The position numbers and the translations under genes are program-made. The notes beneath the pieces are model-generated. The model was not told where the DNA came from. It was given only the letters and a program-made list of their open reading frames with translations, and did no database searches. A stretch of 62,079 nt of DNA, counting the filler. It is 3 parts of 3 records of this genome, joined end to end, with 100 filler letters (N's around TTAATTAATTAA, not from the genome) between each part and the next. Parts side by side here need not be neighbours in the genome. Positions count along the whole stretch, not along the records: positions 1 to 24,480 come from DRR723986_845; 2 more parts are not named here. One strand, given 5' to 3'. Positions within the stretch are counted from its first letter, which is position 1; every line of letters begins with the position of its first letter. Below are positions 10,451-21,448 of this stretch, piece after piece.

Positions 10451-11350
10451 ATGTTCAACTGGGACGACTTAAAATATTTCCTGGCAATGGCAGATGAAGG
10501 CAGCCTTTCCGCCGCAGCTAGAAAGCTTAATGTAAGCCAACCCACTCTTTCCCGCAGGCTGACAACCCTTGAAGAACAAGTGGGATCTGACCTTTTTGCC
10601 CGCACAAGGACCGGCCTTGAAATGACAGCTATCGGCGAGCAACTTATTGATCATGCTCGTCACATGCGCGACGATGTCTACTCTATCGAACGCATGATAA
10701 CTGGCCATGACAGTAGCCTTCAGGGCAATGTCGTTATCTCATGCATTGAAATTTTGGGCGCAGACTGGCTTGTGCGACACACGCGCCCTTTCCGCGAGCA
10801 ATTTCCCGGTATTACAGTAGAATTTAAAATTGAAAATGTCGCATCAGACTTGCTGCGCCGTGAAGCAGATATTGCTATTCGAATGTTCAGGCCCGTTCAA
10901 AATGACCTGATCGCCAAACGTACCGGCACCATGAAATACGGCTATTACGCCAGCAAACAATATATAGAAAAACACGGCATGCCAGAAAGCACCGATGACC
11001 TCTCTGGCCATGAGTTTATTTTACCGCATGATGAAATTTTGGCGCACACAAATAAATTCAATAAGCGGCCATTTCACCCGCGCGGCAATATCGCGTTTAG
11101 GTCAAATAACCTGATTTCATTGTCTTCTGCAGTTCGTGAAGGCTTTGGTATTGGGGCATACAGCTGCATTATGGCTGACAAAGACCCTAATTTGGTTCGT
11201 TTATTTGGTGATTTAGTTGTCTTTAGCTCTGATATTTGGCTGGTAAGCCATGCTGAGCTGCGCCGAAGTGCTCGCATTCGCGCCATGTTTGACTTCCTTA
11301 GTGAATTGTTTACTGAACATGCCGCTGCATTTGAAGGCACCCCGCCTTAA
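10451..11350 (+). CDS. LysR family transcriptional regulator
   Basis: N-terminal HTH (WDDLKYFL..GSLSAAARKLNVSQPTLSRR) followed by a substrate-binding domain. Confidence 0.93.
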   Translation: MFNWDDLKYFLAMADEGSLSAAARKLNVSQPTLSRRLTTLEEQVGSDLFARTRTGLEMTAIGEQLIDHARHMRDDVYSIERMITGHDSSLQGNVVISCIEILGADWLVRHTRPFREQFPGITVEFKIENVASDLLRREADIAIRMFRPVQNDLIAKRTGTMKYGYYASKQYIEKHGMPESTDDLSGHEFILPHDEILAHTNKFNKRPFHPRGNIAFRSNNLISLSSAVREGFGIGAYSCIMADKDPNLVRLFGDLVVFSSDIWLVSHAELRRSARIRAMFDFLSELFTEHAAAFEGTPP

Positions 11351-11377
11351 ATATTTTCGGCGAACACAACGTGTTAG

Positions 11378-13519
11378 CTACAGCGTGAATACTGCTTCAA
11401 CATCGTTGCCACAGCCTGTGTATGTCAGTCGCGTGAAGCAGCCTTTTGCCATTGTTATGCCCCGACCATGTTTTTTCTCGTGTCCTTGTTCGTCTGCCAA
11501 ATAGGAATCAAAATCAAAGCCCTTGCCGGGGTCTTTAACACGAAAAACAATTTCAGTTTTGCCTCTGCACACTTCAACCGAAGCATATCTGTGGCGATAA
11601 GTTGCAGAATTTCGGCGGCGGGTCACTTCATCGCTTAGCCGACCCGCTTCTATCAATTGGCCTTTTTCGTCATGGCCAATTTCAAGACAGCCATGCTCAA
11701 TAGCGTTAAAAAATAATTCAGATAAACCAATAGCGAGAGGCATAGGGTCCAGACTGACATGTGAAAATACTGTCGCCAGCTTTTGTGCTTCGCGTCGAGA
11801 TGCAAATCGATACACACCGTCAACTATCGCCTCTTTATCAGGTTCATCTTGGGCCAATGCACGCCTTAAGGAGGAAACTCTGATATAGTCATTGGCTTCT
11901 TCAGCAAGAAACCGCCGAAGTTTATCAACCCCCTTCGACGCATCAAAATACCGAACTCTATCGATTGACAGAATTGGGTCGTCTGCATCGGGCTCCCCGT
12001 CAAGCGTGACAATGACAGGGCCGTTTCCTTCTACAAAGGCCTGATCAATGAAAGCTATTTTTTCCTTCACAAAATCTGGGCCGCTCGTTCCGTCTATCAG
12101 GATTGCTGCGACAACAAGATGGCCATAGTCATCTGAATAAGTCGCAGAATTTATCGCGGCAGAACGCTGAACAGCCAAACCAGGCGCTGCAAGTTCAGAA
12201 TACTTAGCATCAAAGGGGCTGGTCTCAGGCGATATTACAAAAACTGATGGCACCGTCTTTTGCTGCTTTTCTGTCATCTCATCGGCAGACAGTTCATTAA
12301 CCGCATGCCGGTGAATAGCCACAGCCGTTAGATCATCAGCCAACTGTTCATCTTGCGATCGAAAGAACTGATCCAATAGCCTTGCAACAACAGTGGCGCG
12401 CTCGCCTGTCTGACAAGATGTTTCAATCCAGCCGATCAGGCCCTCTTCCCCCAAAATAGAGCCGTCAGCTTGCTCCGCTTCAATTAACACGTCCGAGTAA
12501 CAGAACAGGCTTTCACCCGGATTAAGCTGGTCTGTCAGGTTTTCATAAGTGGCCGACTTAACAACCGCAATTGGCAAGCCTGAACTATCTAGTGTACGGC
12601 TTTTATGGCCATCAAATATAATTGGCCTCGGGGCACCTGCCCCTGCATAGGTTAACTCATGGGTTTCACAGTCAAGCACACCGTAAAACATAGTAGCAAA
12701 ACGTCCCAACTGGAAGGCACCGATAAGAGAACGATTTAGGCTTGTCAAAAAGGCAGCTGGGTCATGTTTTTTGTCTTCAAAACGCGCCATTGTTGCATGC
12801 AGGCTGAATGTATTCAGTGCCGCCCCCACACCGTGCCCGGTAACATCCAGGACATAAATACCAATTTTATTGTCACCAAGCGGCCATGTTCCCCATAAAT
12901 CACCGCCCAATTCGGAGGAAGCTTTATAAAATGCTTCAATAGAAGCCCGGCCAGCCCGTTCTACTGCATCAATTGCCTCTGTTTCAGGCAAAAGCGAGTG
13001 CTGCATTTCCCGAGCCATGTTCAGCTCGCTTTGCATCCGTTCCTGAAAACCACTTAAATTATGGATCAGGAACCGATTTTCCAGATGCATACACACGCGA
13101 GCCAATAGCTCAGGGTGGTTAATCGGTTTCGAAACAAAGTCAGTAGCCCCTACCGCAAAAACTTCGACGCGTTCTTCCGCAGTTTCAGATGCAGACTGTA
13201 CTAATATTGGCAAGGTCGTCGTCGCCGGGTCCGCCCGTAATTTTTTACAAACATCATACCCAGAAAGACGCGGCATATTGATGTCCAGAATGACCAAGTC
13301 TGGCATAGATAAGGCAATTTGCTTTAGCGCATCATCTCCGTCTTCCGCGTAGCTTACATTTTCAAAACCACCGCGATTTAGGCACACACCAATCATTCGC
13401 CTCATCAACGGCATATCGTCGACAACGAGAATTTGCGCGCTACTAACGCCCTCTGGCAAAGCTGCATTGCGACCTGGGACGGGTGTTTTTTCTTTAGAAG
13501 ATGATTTTTTCACGGGCAC
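11378..13519 (-). CDS. Hybrid response regulator: REC + PP2C/SpoIIE phosphatase + C-terminal HATPase (anti-sigma kinase-like)
   Basis: REC (ILVVDD, LDINMP, FVSKP), PP2C (GGDLW, DVTGHG, YSD, DDLT) and HATPase (ELFFNAIEHG, DPGKGFD, GRGI) motifs. Confidence 0.85.
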   Translation of the reverse strand: MPVKKSSSKEKTPVPGRNAALPEGVSSAQILVVDDMPLMRRMIGVCLNRGGFENVSYAEDGDDALKQIALSMPDLVILDINMPRLSGYDVCKKLRADPATTTLPILVQSASETAEERVEVFAVGATDFVSKPINHPELLARVCMHLENRFLIHNLSGFQERMQSELNMAREMQHSLLPETEAIDAVERAGRASIEAFYKASSELGGDLWGTWPLGDNKIGIYVLDVTGHGVGAALNTFSLHATMARFEDKKHDPAAFLTSLNRSLIGAFQLGRFATMFYGVLDCETHELTYAGAGAPRPIIFDGHKSRTLDSSGLPIAVVKSATYENLTDQLNPGESLFCYSDVLIEAEQADGSILGEEGLIGWIETSCQTGERATVVARLLDQFFRSQDEQLADDLTAVAIHRHAVNELSADEMTEKQQKTVPSVFVISPETSPFDAKYSELAAPGLAVQRSAAINSATYSDDYGHLVVAAILIDGTSGPDFVKEKIAFIDQAFVEGNGPVIVTLDGEPDADDPILSIDRVRYFDASKGVDKLRRFLAEEANDYIRVSSLRRALAQDEPDKEAIVDGVYRFASRREAQKLATVFSHVSLDPMPLAIGLSELFFNAIEHGCLEIGHDEKGQLIEAGRLSDEVTRRRNSATYRHRYASVEVCRGKTEIVFRVKDPGKGFDFDSYLADEQGHEKKHGRGITMAKGCFTRLTYTGCGNDVEAVFTL

Positions 13520-13543
13520 CCAAAAGCGAAACTATTATCGCAC

Positions 13544-13843
13544 TTAACCTGCTAAAAGGTCGGATAGCTTGGTCAATTTTAACATACTGGCAACATGGCC
13601 TTGCGCACCGGTAACACTGAGCTTCCACCCTGCCGTATCGGCTTGTTCTTTAGCGATAAGGAACATACCAAGACCAGCAGAATCAACCATGCCCACTTCG
13701 GTCAGGTCAAAAACACAGGTTTCAACATCGCTATCAGCCAATTCTTTCAATATATGGCGAAAACTAACATTCTCTGAAAAGGTGATATCACCTTTAAATA
13801 TAACCTGTGTGTGGTCTTCGTCCGTTTCAATACGGTATTCCAT
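13544..13843 (-). CDS. STAS-domain anti-sigma factor antagonist
   Basis: 99 aa from MEYRIE; FDLTEVGMVDSAGLGMF contains the phosphorylatable Ser. Confidence 0.88.
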   Translation of the reverse strand: MEYRIETDEDHTQVIFKGDITFSENVSFRHILKELADSDVETCVFDLTEVGMVDSAGLGMFLIAKEQADTAGWKLSVTGAQGHVASMLKLTKLSDLLAG

Positions 13844-14012
13844 GGTAATTCCCTTAATTTGGCACCTAATAAAAAATTCTTGATTCAACGATAATACATT
13901 GATCCCGGAGTACCAAGCATTGTTCGTGGCTAAACCTTTAATCCAATACAAATTTAGGCTTTAAACCTTAAACTAATTTTAAAATTACCCGAATATGATC
14001 ATCAAACTGAAC

Positions 14013-15251
14013 TTAAACCTGAACAGCTTTTTCTTGTGTGTGAAGCTGTCGGGTTAGCCTAATAAACAATATGAGTAGGAATATAACCAACACACCCCCT
14101 GCTACAAACGGTACAGTCTGATGAAAGTCATACATTAGGCCAGCCACCATTGGTCCAATCGACCGGCCCAACGCTTGCATCGATTGCACCACCCCCAGCA
14201 CTGCGCCCTTTTCGTGTTCTTCGGCTTCATGCGAGGCTAAAGACATGCTGGATGCGTTGAACAAAGCAGTTCCGACAAAGATGAAAATCACGCTCACATA
14301 AAGAATAATCTCTGATGCCAGAAAGCCTAATAACAGGAGTCCCATTGCCGTGAGCAATAAGCCGAGCAGCACTAACTTTCGCTCGCCCAGCCATCTGGCC
14401 AAAGGCCCAATGAGCCCGCCTTGCACCAACACAAGTATAAAACCGACAAAAATATAAACATTCCGAAGTTCTGGCGGCCCCCACGTAAACTGGTCTTTAA
14501 CAAAAATGGGAACAACCGGTTCAAACAACGCCAAACAAAATGTAAAAGCCAAAATAAGAAAACTAAGTTTTAACAAAGCTGGATGACGTGCAATTTTCTT
14601 AAAGGCATCTAACCTACCGGGTGTTGTCATTTCATCTAGAGCATCAACATGTTTGTCCATTGCGGCGACGTCATCACCCCCATTATTTGCCATACTTGGC
14701 AAAGACTTGGTTTCTTGGAAAAAGAATAAAACCACTAAAGAACCAATGAAACAGGCAACGAATGACATAAATGCAGGCGCGACAATTGTTGCAGTTTCAG
14801 CGGTAGTTCCTGAAATCGAACCACCAACCGCCGTGCCAAAAATAAAAGCCAAGCCAATCGATGCCCCAACTAACCCCATGCCCTTGGTACGCGTTTGTAT
14901 AGTTGTAAGGTCTGAAACTGCCGCAACGATTACCGCCAGCGTGCCGGCGCATGCGCCCGCCCAAACCATGGTAAGAAACAACAAAATAACATTATCAGCA
15001 AAAAGAGACATGCAAAGATAGGCTAAACTGCCCATAAACATAGCCGTAAATAGCACTTTCTTCCGGCCAATTTGATCAGATAAGCGACCCCACTGCGGTC
15101 CTGCAATAAACTGCGCCAAACTATAGGCTGCCAGAATGGGTGTTGAAAGGCTTGGGCTCAAGCCCATGTTACCCAAAACATAGAGGATACCTGGCAGCAA
15201 CATGGCAAAGCTGCCCATGACAACAAAAACTGAGCCAAACAATATCGGCAC
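14013..15251 (-). CDS. MFS transporter (TetA/DHA1-like)
   Basis: About 12 hydrophobic segments; MFS motif A (GRLSDQIGRKKV). Confidence 0.88.
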   Translation of the reverse strand: MPILFGSVFVVMGSFAMLLPGILYVLGNMGLSPSLSTPILAAYSLAQFIAGPQWGRLSDQIGRKKVLFTAMFMGSLAYLCMSLFADNVILLFLTMVWAGACAGTLAVIVAAVSDLTTIQTRTKGMGLVGASIGLAFIFGTAVGGSISGTTAETATIVAPAFMSFVACFIGSLVVLFFFQETKSLPSMANNGGDDVAAMDKHVDALDEMTTPGRLDAFKKIARHPALLKLSFLILAFTFCLALFEPVVPIFVKDQFTWGPPELRNVYIFVGFILVLVQGGLIGPLARWLGERKLVLLGLLLTAMGLLLLGFLASEIILYVSVIFIFVGTALFNASSMSLASHEAEEHEKGAVLGVVQSMQALGRSIGPMVAGLMYDFHQTVPFVAGGVLVIFLLILFIRLTRQLHTQEKAVQV

Positions 15252-15350
15252 TAAAAAACTACCTTTCGCAAAAGAACTACACTGTGATCTAAATCACAGG
15301 CGCTACAATCTGACAAGCAAGTCGAGTTATATTTAGTGAGTTAAAAACAC

Positions 15351-15372
15351 AAATGGGGCCAAAGGCCCCATT
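15351..15372 (-). terminator. Intrinsic terminator after the DUF1476 gene
   Basis: AATGGGGCC-AAA-GGCCCCATT perfect hairpin. Confidence 0.6.
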
Positions 15373-15397
15373 CAATAATTGCACATTTTAGTGTGGG

Positions 15398-15721
15398 CTA
15401 AATTTCAGAAACAATCTGCCGACGCGCGTCGTCCATAAATGACAACAACTTGGCCTCTAACTGTTCACGTGAATAGTCTGCGCTGCTTGCTTCAACGTCC
15501 GTTAGAACCTTACGGATAACGTCGTCATCACCTTCTTCTTCAAGGTCAGCGGTAATAACCGACCCAGCATACTCCTTAATAGCATCGCCGGTCATACCCA
15601 TTTCACCAGCCAGCCATTCGCCGAACAAGCGGTTGCGGCGAGCTCGCGCTTTAAAAGTTAAATTTTCGTCATGTGCAAATTTTTCTTCGAAGGCTTTTTC
15701 GCGGCTGTCAAATGTCGTCAT
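15398..15721 (-). CDS. DUF1476 / F1Fo-ATPase inhibitor zeta subunit
   Basis: MTTFDSREKAFEEKFAHD..FKARARRNRL signature; divergent from purC as is usual in Alphaproteobacteria. Confidence 0.9.
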   Translation of the reverse strand: MTTFDSREKAFEEKFAHDENLTFKARARRNRLFGEWLAGEMGMTGDAIKEYAGSVITADLEEEGDDDVIRKVLTDVEASSADYSREQLEAKLLSFMDDARRQIVSEI

Positions 15722-15948
15722 GGGTAATTTCCTTTCGCCCGATTCTATAACTGAAATGGATAAAAACATTCCGATTTTCAAGTCGATTTAATGTTTATTC
15801 GCCTCATTTGGCTTCAAATTCAACCGTAAATAAAAATTATTGCATATTCATGGCCACAAACATTGTAGCGAACGACGAGTTCGGCTATGGTCCGCGCAAA
15901 ATTTGATGTCAACTTCTGCTGAAATAAGCCAATCAGGGAAACACACCA

Positions 15949-16725
15949 ATGTCCCGAAAAAACAAGTTGTACGAAGGCAAGGCAAAAGTCTTGTTCGAGG
16001 GTCCAGAGCCCGGCACAATCATCCAGTATTTTAAAGACGATGCCACAGCGTTTAACGCTCAGAAAAAAGGCACTCTCTCTGGTAAAGGGGTTGTGAACAA
16101 CCATATCTCTGAATATCTATTTACTGCCCTCACCGAGATTGGCATTCCCAATCATTTCATAGAACGCACTTCCATGCGCGAACAATTGGTAAAAGCCGTA
16201 GAAATTATTCCGGTCGAAATTATTGTTCGCAACATCGCCGCTGGCAGCTTATCCAAACGCCTTGGCATTGAAGAAGGTACGCCGCTACCAAACCCTCTTG
16301 TAGAATTTTGCTACAAGTCTGATGAGTTGGGCGACCCTGTTATTGCAGAAGAACATATCCTTACATTTGGCTGGGCCGAGGAACAGGAAATTGATGAGAT
16401 GATGTTCTACGCCTTGCGCGTAAATGATTTCCTTTCCGGTATGTTTGCCGGCATAGGCATCAAGCTTGTAGACTTCAAATTAGAGTTTGGCCGTTTTTAT
16501 GACGGTGATGATTGCATCACCATTCTGGCCGATGAAATCAGCCCTGATGGTTGCCGCCTTTGGGACCTTAAGACCGGTGAAAAGCTAGATAAAGACCGTT
16601 TCCGCCGAGACTTGGGCGGCGAAATGGATGCCTATATTGAAGTTGCCCGCCGACTTGGCATATTGCCCTCGGCTGATGTAACTGAGATTGCCGACCACAA
16701 GAATAAAAAGCCAAAAAAGAAATAA
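15949..16725 (+). CDS. purC: Phosphoribosylaminoimidazolesuccinocarboxamide synthase
   Basis: [25 protein letters not shown] and LADEISPD motifs. Confidence 0.97.
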   Translation: MSRKNKLYEGKAKVLFEGPEPGTIIQYFKDDATAFNAQKKGTLSGKGVVNNHISEYLFTALTEIGIPNHFIERTSMREQLVKAVEIIPVEIIVRNIAAGSLSKRLGIEEGTPLPNPLVEFCYKSDELGDPVIAEEHILTFGWAEEQEIDEMMFYALRVNDFLSGMFAGIGIKLVDFKLEFGRFYDGDDCITILADEISPDGCRLWDLKTGEKLDKDRFRRDLGGEMDAYIEVARRLGILPSADVTEIADHKNKKPKKK

Positions 16726-16764
16726 CGAACCCTTACCGTACACCCTTGTTAGAGGAAACCCGCG

Positions 16765-17004
16765 ATGAAAGCCCGCATCCATGTAACACTTAAAAACGGG
16801 GTTCTGGACCCGCAAGGTAAAGCCATTGAACATGCGCTTGGAAATATGGGGTTTAGTGGGGTTGACGGCGCACGTCAGGGCAAACTTATTGAATTGGATT
16901 TAAGCGAAACGAACCGCGACGCTGCTATGGCCAACGTAGAAGAGATGTGCCGAAAGTTGCTGGCTAATACAGTAATTGAAAACTACAGCATAGAGCTGGA
17001 GTAA
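16765..17004 (+). CDS. purS: FGAM synthase subunit PurS
   Basis: [12 protein letters not shown] and [10 protein letters not shown] motifs. Confidence 0.97.
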   Translation: MKARIHVTLKNGVLDPQGKAIEHALGNMGFSGVDGARQGKLIELDLSETNRDAAMANVEEMCRKLLANTVIENYSIELE

Positions 17005-17006
17005 CG

Positions 17007-17672
17007 TTGATGAAATCCGCTGTTATCGTATTCCCCGGCTCAAACTGCGACCGGGATATGGCCGTTGCACTAGAAAAAATCACTGGTAACAAACCCCTAA
17101 TGGTTTGGCACCAAGAACATGACTTTGACGCTGTTGATTTCATCGCCCTGCCCGGCGGTTTTTCTTACGGCGACTATCTCCGCTGCGGGGCCATGAGCGC
17201 GCGCAGCAATGTGATGAAAGAAGTTGTAAAGCGCGCCGAAAATGGTGTGCCAACTCTTGGTATCTGCAACGGCTTTCAGGTACTAACAGAAACCGGCCTG
17301 CTGCCCGGCGCCCTCATGCGTAATGCAGGACTGCATTTTGTCTGCCGCGACGTGACCCTGTCGGTGGAAAATGCTGATACGCTGTTCACCGCCGACTATA
17401 TGGAAGGCGAGGAAATTCTGGTGCCGGTTGCCCACCACGACGGTAATTATTTCGCTGATGATGACACACTTGATGCGTTGGAAGGTGACGGCCAAGTGGC
17501 ATTTCGCTACTGCGATGATGTTAACGGTTCTCAGCGCGGCATTGCAGGCATTACCAATGCCAAGGGCAACATTCTCGGCATGATGCCGCATCCGGAGCGC
17601 ATGATCGAACCAGCACTGGGCGGCAGTCACGGGCGCAAGCTTTTCACCTCTATCATGAACCGGCTCGGGTAA
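17007..17672 (+). CDS. purQ: FGAM synthase glutaminase subunit PurQ
   Basis: [25 protein letters not shown] and MMPHPER motifs. Confidence 0.97.
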   Translation: MMKSAVIVFPGSNCDRDMAVALEKITGNKPLMVWHQEHDFDAVDFIALPGGFSYGDYLRCGAMSARSNVMKEVVKRAENGVPTLGICNGFQVLTETGLLPGALMRNAGLHFVCRDVTLSVENADTLFTADYMEGEEILVPVAHHDGNYFADDDTLDALEGDGQVAFRYCDDVNGSQRGIAGITNAKGNILGMMPHPERMIEPALGGSHGRKLFTSIMNRLG

Positions 17673-17683
17673 AGGCGCATACC

Positions 17684-19897
17684 ATGCAAAATGTAAATGA
17701 CATCAAAATCACGCCCGAGATTGTTAAAGAACACGGCCTGACCACGGAAGAGTATGACCGCATCGTTGGTGCCATGGGCCGCGAGCCTAACTATACCGAA
17801 CTGGGCATATATTCGGTTATGTGGTCCGAGCATTGCAGCTATAAATCATCGCGCTTTCACTTGAAAAAGCTGCCAACCGAAGCGCCTTGGGTTATTTGTG
17901 GCCCCGGTGAAAATGCCGGTGTTATTGACATCGGTGATGGCCAGGCGGTTATTTTCAAAATGGAAAGCCACAACCACCCAAGTTACATTGAACCCTACCA
18001 AGGGGCTGCAACCGGTGTTGGTGGAATTTTGCGCGATGTGTTCACCATGGGTGCGCGGCCTGTTGCCAATATGAATGCTCTGCGCTTCGGAGAACCGGGC
18101 CACCCAAAAACCAAACACCTGCTTGCAGGCGTGGTTGAAGGCATTGGCGGTTACGGCAACTGTGTGGGCGTGCCAACTGTAGGCGGTGAAACCAATTTCG
18201 ACCCGTCCTACAACGGCAACATTCTCGTAAACGCCATGACTGTTGGCCTCGCTGATCAAGATAAAATTTTTTATTGCGCCGCTGCAGGCGTTGGCAACCC
18301 TGTTGTCTATGTCGGCAGCAAAACGGGCCGCGACGGCATTCATGGTGCCACCATGGCATCCGCTGAGTTTACCGAAGACAGTGAAGAAAAGCGCCCAACG
18401 GTTCAAGTGGGTGACCCATTCACTGAAAAACTTCTCATCGAAGCCTGCCTTGAATTGATGGCCACCGACGCCATCATCGCCATTCAGGACATGGGGGCGG
18501 CCGGCCTTACCAGTTCAAGCGTTGAAATGGCCTCCAAGGGCGGTGTTGGCTTTGAGTTGAACCTTGATAAGGTGCCGCAGCGCGAAGAAAACATGACACC
18601 GTATGAGATGTGCCTGTCGGAAAGCCAGGAACGCATGTTGATGGTGTTGAAGCCGGGCCGTGAAGCCATGGCACAGGCCATCTTTGAGAAATGGGAGCTG
18701 GACTTTGCCGTGATCGGTGAAATTACTGATACCGGCAAACTTACCCTCACCTTCGGCGGCGAAGTTGTGGGTGACATGCCCATTGATAGTCTCGTGGAAG
18801 ACGCCCCAGAGTACGAACGCCCCTATGTTGCCACACCGAAGCGGGAAGTTGCGGATGTGCCAGCGGCAAATGATCTGAACAAAACTGTGCTCGATCTTAT
18901 TGGCGGCCCCCACTTGTGCTCGCGCCGCTGGATCTGGGAGCAATATGACCATATGGTTATGGGCGATACCATCCAGCGACCCGGCGGTGACGCCGCTGTT
19001 GTACGCGTGCACGGCACTGACAAAGCACTGGCTATTTCAACCGATGTAACCCCGCGTTATTGCTATGCTGACCCCGTTCAGGGCGGTCGTCAGGCTGTGG
19101 CCGAGACATGGCGCAATATAACGGCGGTGGGCGCAAAGCCACTGGCGATTACCAATTGCCTGAACTTCGGCAACCCGGAACGCACGGATATAATGGGCCA
19201 ATTCGTTGGTTGCCTTGAGGGCATGGGTGAAGCTTGCCGTGCGCTGGATTACCCTATCGTATCGGGCAATGTGAGCCTCTATAACGAAACCAACGGTTCT
19301 GGCATTCTCCCAACCCCCGCCATTGGCGGCGTGGGTGTCATGGCTGACAGCAGCAAAATGGCGACCATCGACTTCAAGCGAGACGGCGATGTTATTGTGT
19401 TGATCGGCGAAACCAAAGATGAATTGGGTTCCAGCCTGTATGAACGCGAAATATTGGGCAACAACACCGATAGCCCGAGCGCTCCGCCACATGTGGACTT
19501 AGCCCTTGAGCGCCGCAACGGTGACTTTGTCCGTGGGTTCATAGAAAGCGGCCAGATTGATACCTGCCATGACATCTCAGACGGTGGTCTGGTTGCCGCC
19601 CTCGCCGATATGGTGATTGCTGGCGGCATGGGCGCGACGGTGAAACTGGACAGCGACTTGCCCTTGCACTCCGCCTTGTTCAGCGAAACGCAAGCGCGCT
19701 ATCTGCTCGCAGTCGGCAAAGAAACTGCCGAAGGGATCACCGAGAAAGCCAACAATGCTGGCATTCCTGTACAAGTGATTGGTACCGCAGGCGGAAAACG
19801 CTTGAGCGTTGACGATGGTGCTGTTGATGTCGCAATGCGCGACCTAACTGCTGCGCACAACAACTGGATGCCAAACTTCATGGCAAAAGCCACCTAA
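17684..19897 (+). CDS. purL: FGAM synthase subunit PurL (small type)
   Basis: [25 protein letters not shown] and GNVSLYN motifs. Confidence 0.97.
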   Translation: MQNVNDIKITPEIVKEHGLTTEEYDRIVGAMGREPNYTELGIYSVMWSEHCSYKSSRFHLKKLPTEAPWVICGPGENAGVIDIGDGQAVIFKMESHNHPSYIEPYQGAATGVGGILRDVFTMGARPVANMNALRFGEPGHPKTKHLLAGVVEGIGGYGNCVGVPTVGGETNFDPSYNGNILVNAMTVGLADQDKIFYCAAAGVGNPVVYVGSKTGRDGIHGATMASAEFTEDSEEKRPTVQVGDPFTEKLLIEACLELMATDAIIAIQDMGAAGLTSSSVEMASKGGVGFELNLDKVPQREENMTPYEMCLSESQERMLMVLKPGREAMAQAIFEKWELDFAVIGEITDTGKLTLTFGGEVVGDMPIDSLVEDAPEYERPYVATPKREVADVPAANDLNKTVLDLIGGPHLCSRRWIWEQYDHMVMGDTIQRPGGDAAVVRVHGTDKALAISTDVTPRYCYADPVQGGRQAVAETWRNITAVGAKPLAITNCLNFGNPERTDIMGQFVGCLEGMGEACRALDYPIVSGNVSLYNETNGSGILPTPAIGGVGVMADSSKMATIDFKRDGDVIVLIGETKDELGSSLYEREILGNNTDSPSAPPHVDLALERRNGDFVRGFIESGQIDTCHDISDGGLVAALADMVIAGGMGATVKLDSDLPLHSALFSETQARYLLAVGKETAEGITEKANNAGIPVQVIGTAGGKRLSVDDGAVDVAMRDLTAAHNNWMPNFMAKAT

Positions 19898-20013
19898 AAC
19901 AAACCATTGATAGGAAAATACTATCAATTGACCGCCAAAATAGAATCATTTGCTTAATAAAAATCATGTATTATGGTTGCAGTTGAAACTGGTTAGAGTT
20001 TTGGAGAAGCGAA

Positions 20014-20247
20014 ATGAAATCTGTACTTATTGCCGCCGCTTTGGGTTTGGCTATTGCCCCTGTTGCTTTTGCTGATCAGCAGAAAAGTACCACCAAGACA
20101 GACGCGAAACTGAAACAAGAGCTTGCTGCAAAACAGTGTGACACTGGCACACCTATGCTTAAGCAAGAGACAAAAACTGTTATGAAAACCGTTGCGGGCC
20201 GCATGATTCCGACAGCCGTTCGCACAACCAAAGTTGTTTGCGGTTAG
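20014..20247 (+). CDS. Small exported hypothetical protein (two Cys)
   Basis: GGAG RBS, signal peptide ending AFA, downstream terminator. Confidence 0.7.
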   Translation: MKSVLIAAALGLAIAPVAFADQQKSTTKTDAKLKQELAAKQCDTGTPMLKQETKTVMKTVAGRMIPTAVRTTKVVCG

Positions 20248-20289
20248 CTATATCCCCATATTCCGCCGCACGAACGACTGATAAGATAG

Positions 20290-20321
20290 AAAAGGCACCA
20301 TAACCCGGTGCCTTTTCTTTT
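20290..20321 (+). terminator. Intrinsic terminator
   Basis: AAAAGGCACC-loop-GGTGCCTTTT followed by CTTTT. Confidence 0.7.
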
Positions 20322-20430
20322 GCCTTTACTCAAAAAACCACATGAAAACGACATTGGTCTATGATGCCGCCACAATTGTGCTACAACTTTCGCTTAAGCA
20401 TGGGGGTGCAGTTATTATTTGGAGACGACC

Positions 20431-20871
20431 ATGAACAACTTAGTAAAAATTACCGCGCTATCAAGCGCACTTGCGCTTGCTTCATGCGGCAGCGACGAGA
20501 ACAACCAAACAGCAAACGATACAGGTGATGCAGCCCCAGCAGCAAAAGAAAGCATGATGGAGAAGGCTGAAGGCGCAATGGAAAAGGCCGCTGAGATTGC
20601 CGAGGCGCTTAAGCTTGATACCAGTTCACTAGACAGCTTCAAATCAAGCCTGTCTGCTATGAAAAGTTCACTGTCTGGTGATCAAACCAGTCAACTGACC
20701 AGCGCCCTAAGCAGTTTAGCAAAGGACGCCGTTAAAGAAGAAAAAGGCGGCTTGATAAGTGCTGCTAAAGACTTGGCCAAAGGCAAATCAATGGAAGAAA
20801 CCCTATACGAAAAGTTAGGCGACACCCTTGACGGCATGACCTTTGATGACATCCTAAAACTTGCCAACTAA
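20431..20871 (+). CDS. Hypothetical lipoprotein (DUF6694-like)
   Basis: Lipobox LASC; LDTSSLDSFKSSL...LDGMTFDDILKLA pattern. Confidence 0.7.
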   Translation: MNNLVKITALSSALALASCGSDENNQTANDTGDAAPAAKESMMEKAEGAMEKAAEIAEALKLDTSSLDSFKSSLSAMKSSLSGDQTSQLTSALSSLAKDAVKEEKGGLISAAKDLAKGKSMEETLYEKLGDTLDGMTFDDILKLAN

Positions 20872-20888
20872 CATTCTGAAAAAGACGT

Positions 20889-20916
20889 AAAAAGGCGCTA
20901 ATTACAGCGCCTTTTT
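20889..20916. terminator. Bidirectional intrinsic terminator
   Basis: AAAAAGGCGCT-AATTAC-AGCGCCTTTTT between convergent genes. Confidence 0.75.
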
Positions 20917-20932
20917 ATTAGCAAAAAGTAAA

Positions 20933-21400
20933 TCAGGCATTGTGGCCACTGATATAATTCATGATGCTGGCGATCAACATCACAACCATGCCGCCAAGAA
21001 AAACATAGCCGCCAGTTTCAAAATCAAAGAAGTTGGAAAACAACTTACCGCCTATTTCCTCTGCCGCCCGTTGAATTGGGTCCGCCGCCGCTTTAGTAAT
21101 TTTACCAAGCAGTCCATCGCTGTCGCTGCTGCCGCCACTCATACGCTTCAAAACAGGCCACAACAACACTAGCCAAGCACCAATTGCGGCAAATAAGCTG
21201 AATTTGCGCTTGCCTATTATCACAAGAACCGAGGCCACGACAGCAAGAGCCACCAACAGGTATGCCTGCTCGCCAGCAGCGTCCACATAGCTCATTTTAT
21301 TAATGCGCGCTAAATCAATCATTGGCAGAAAGGCACCGATCGCCACCATTAGCGAACCGGCTATTGTCAGATAGTCATTTCTTGCAAGTGAAACACTCAT
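20933..21400 (-). CDS. Hypothetical membrane protein (about 4 TM segments)
   Basis: Four hydrophobic stretches; no family recognised. Confidence 0.7.
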   Translation of the reverse strand: MSVSLARNDYLTIAGSLMVAIGAFLPMIDLARINKMSYVDAAGEQAYLLVALAVVASVLVIIGKRKFSLFAAIGAWLVLLWPVLKRMSGGSSDSDGLLGKITKAAADPIQRAAEEIGGKLFSNFFDFETGGYVFLGGMVVMLIASIMNYISGHNA

Positions 21401-21448
21401 TATTCGTCCCCTTTATAATCCCCAAAAGACTATATCAGGGAAGTGAGC

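Noticed and set aside
17007-19897. Higher GC in purQ/purL than in flanking genes as a sign of horizontal transfer
   Set aside because: Standard DUF1476-purCSQL synteny and no mobility signatures; codon bias of conserved, well-expressed genes is a sufficient explanation.
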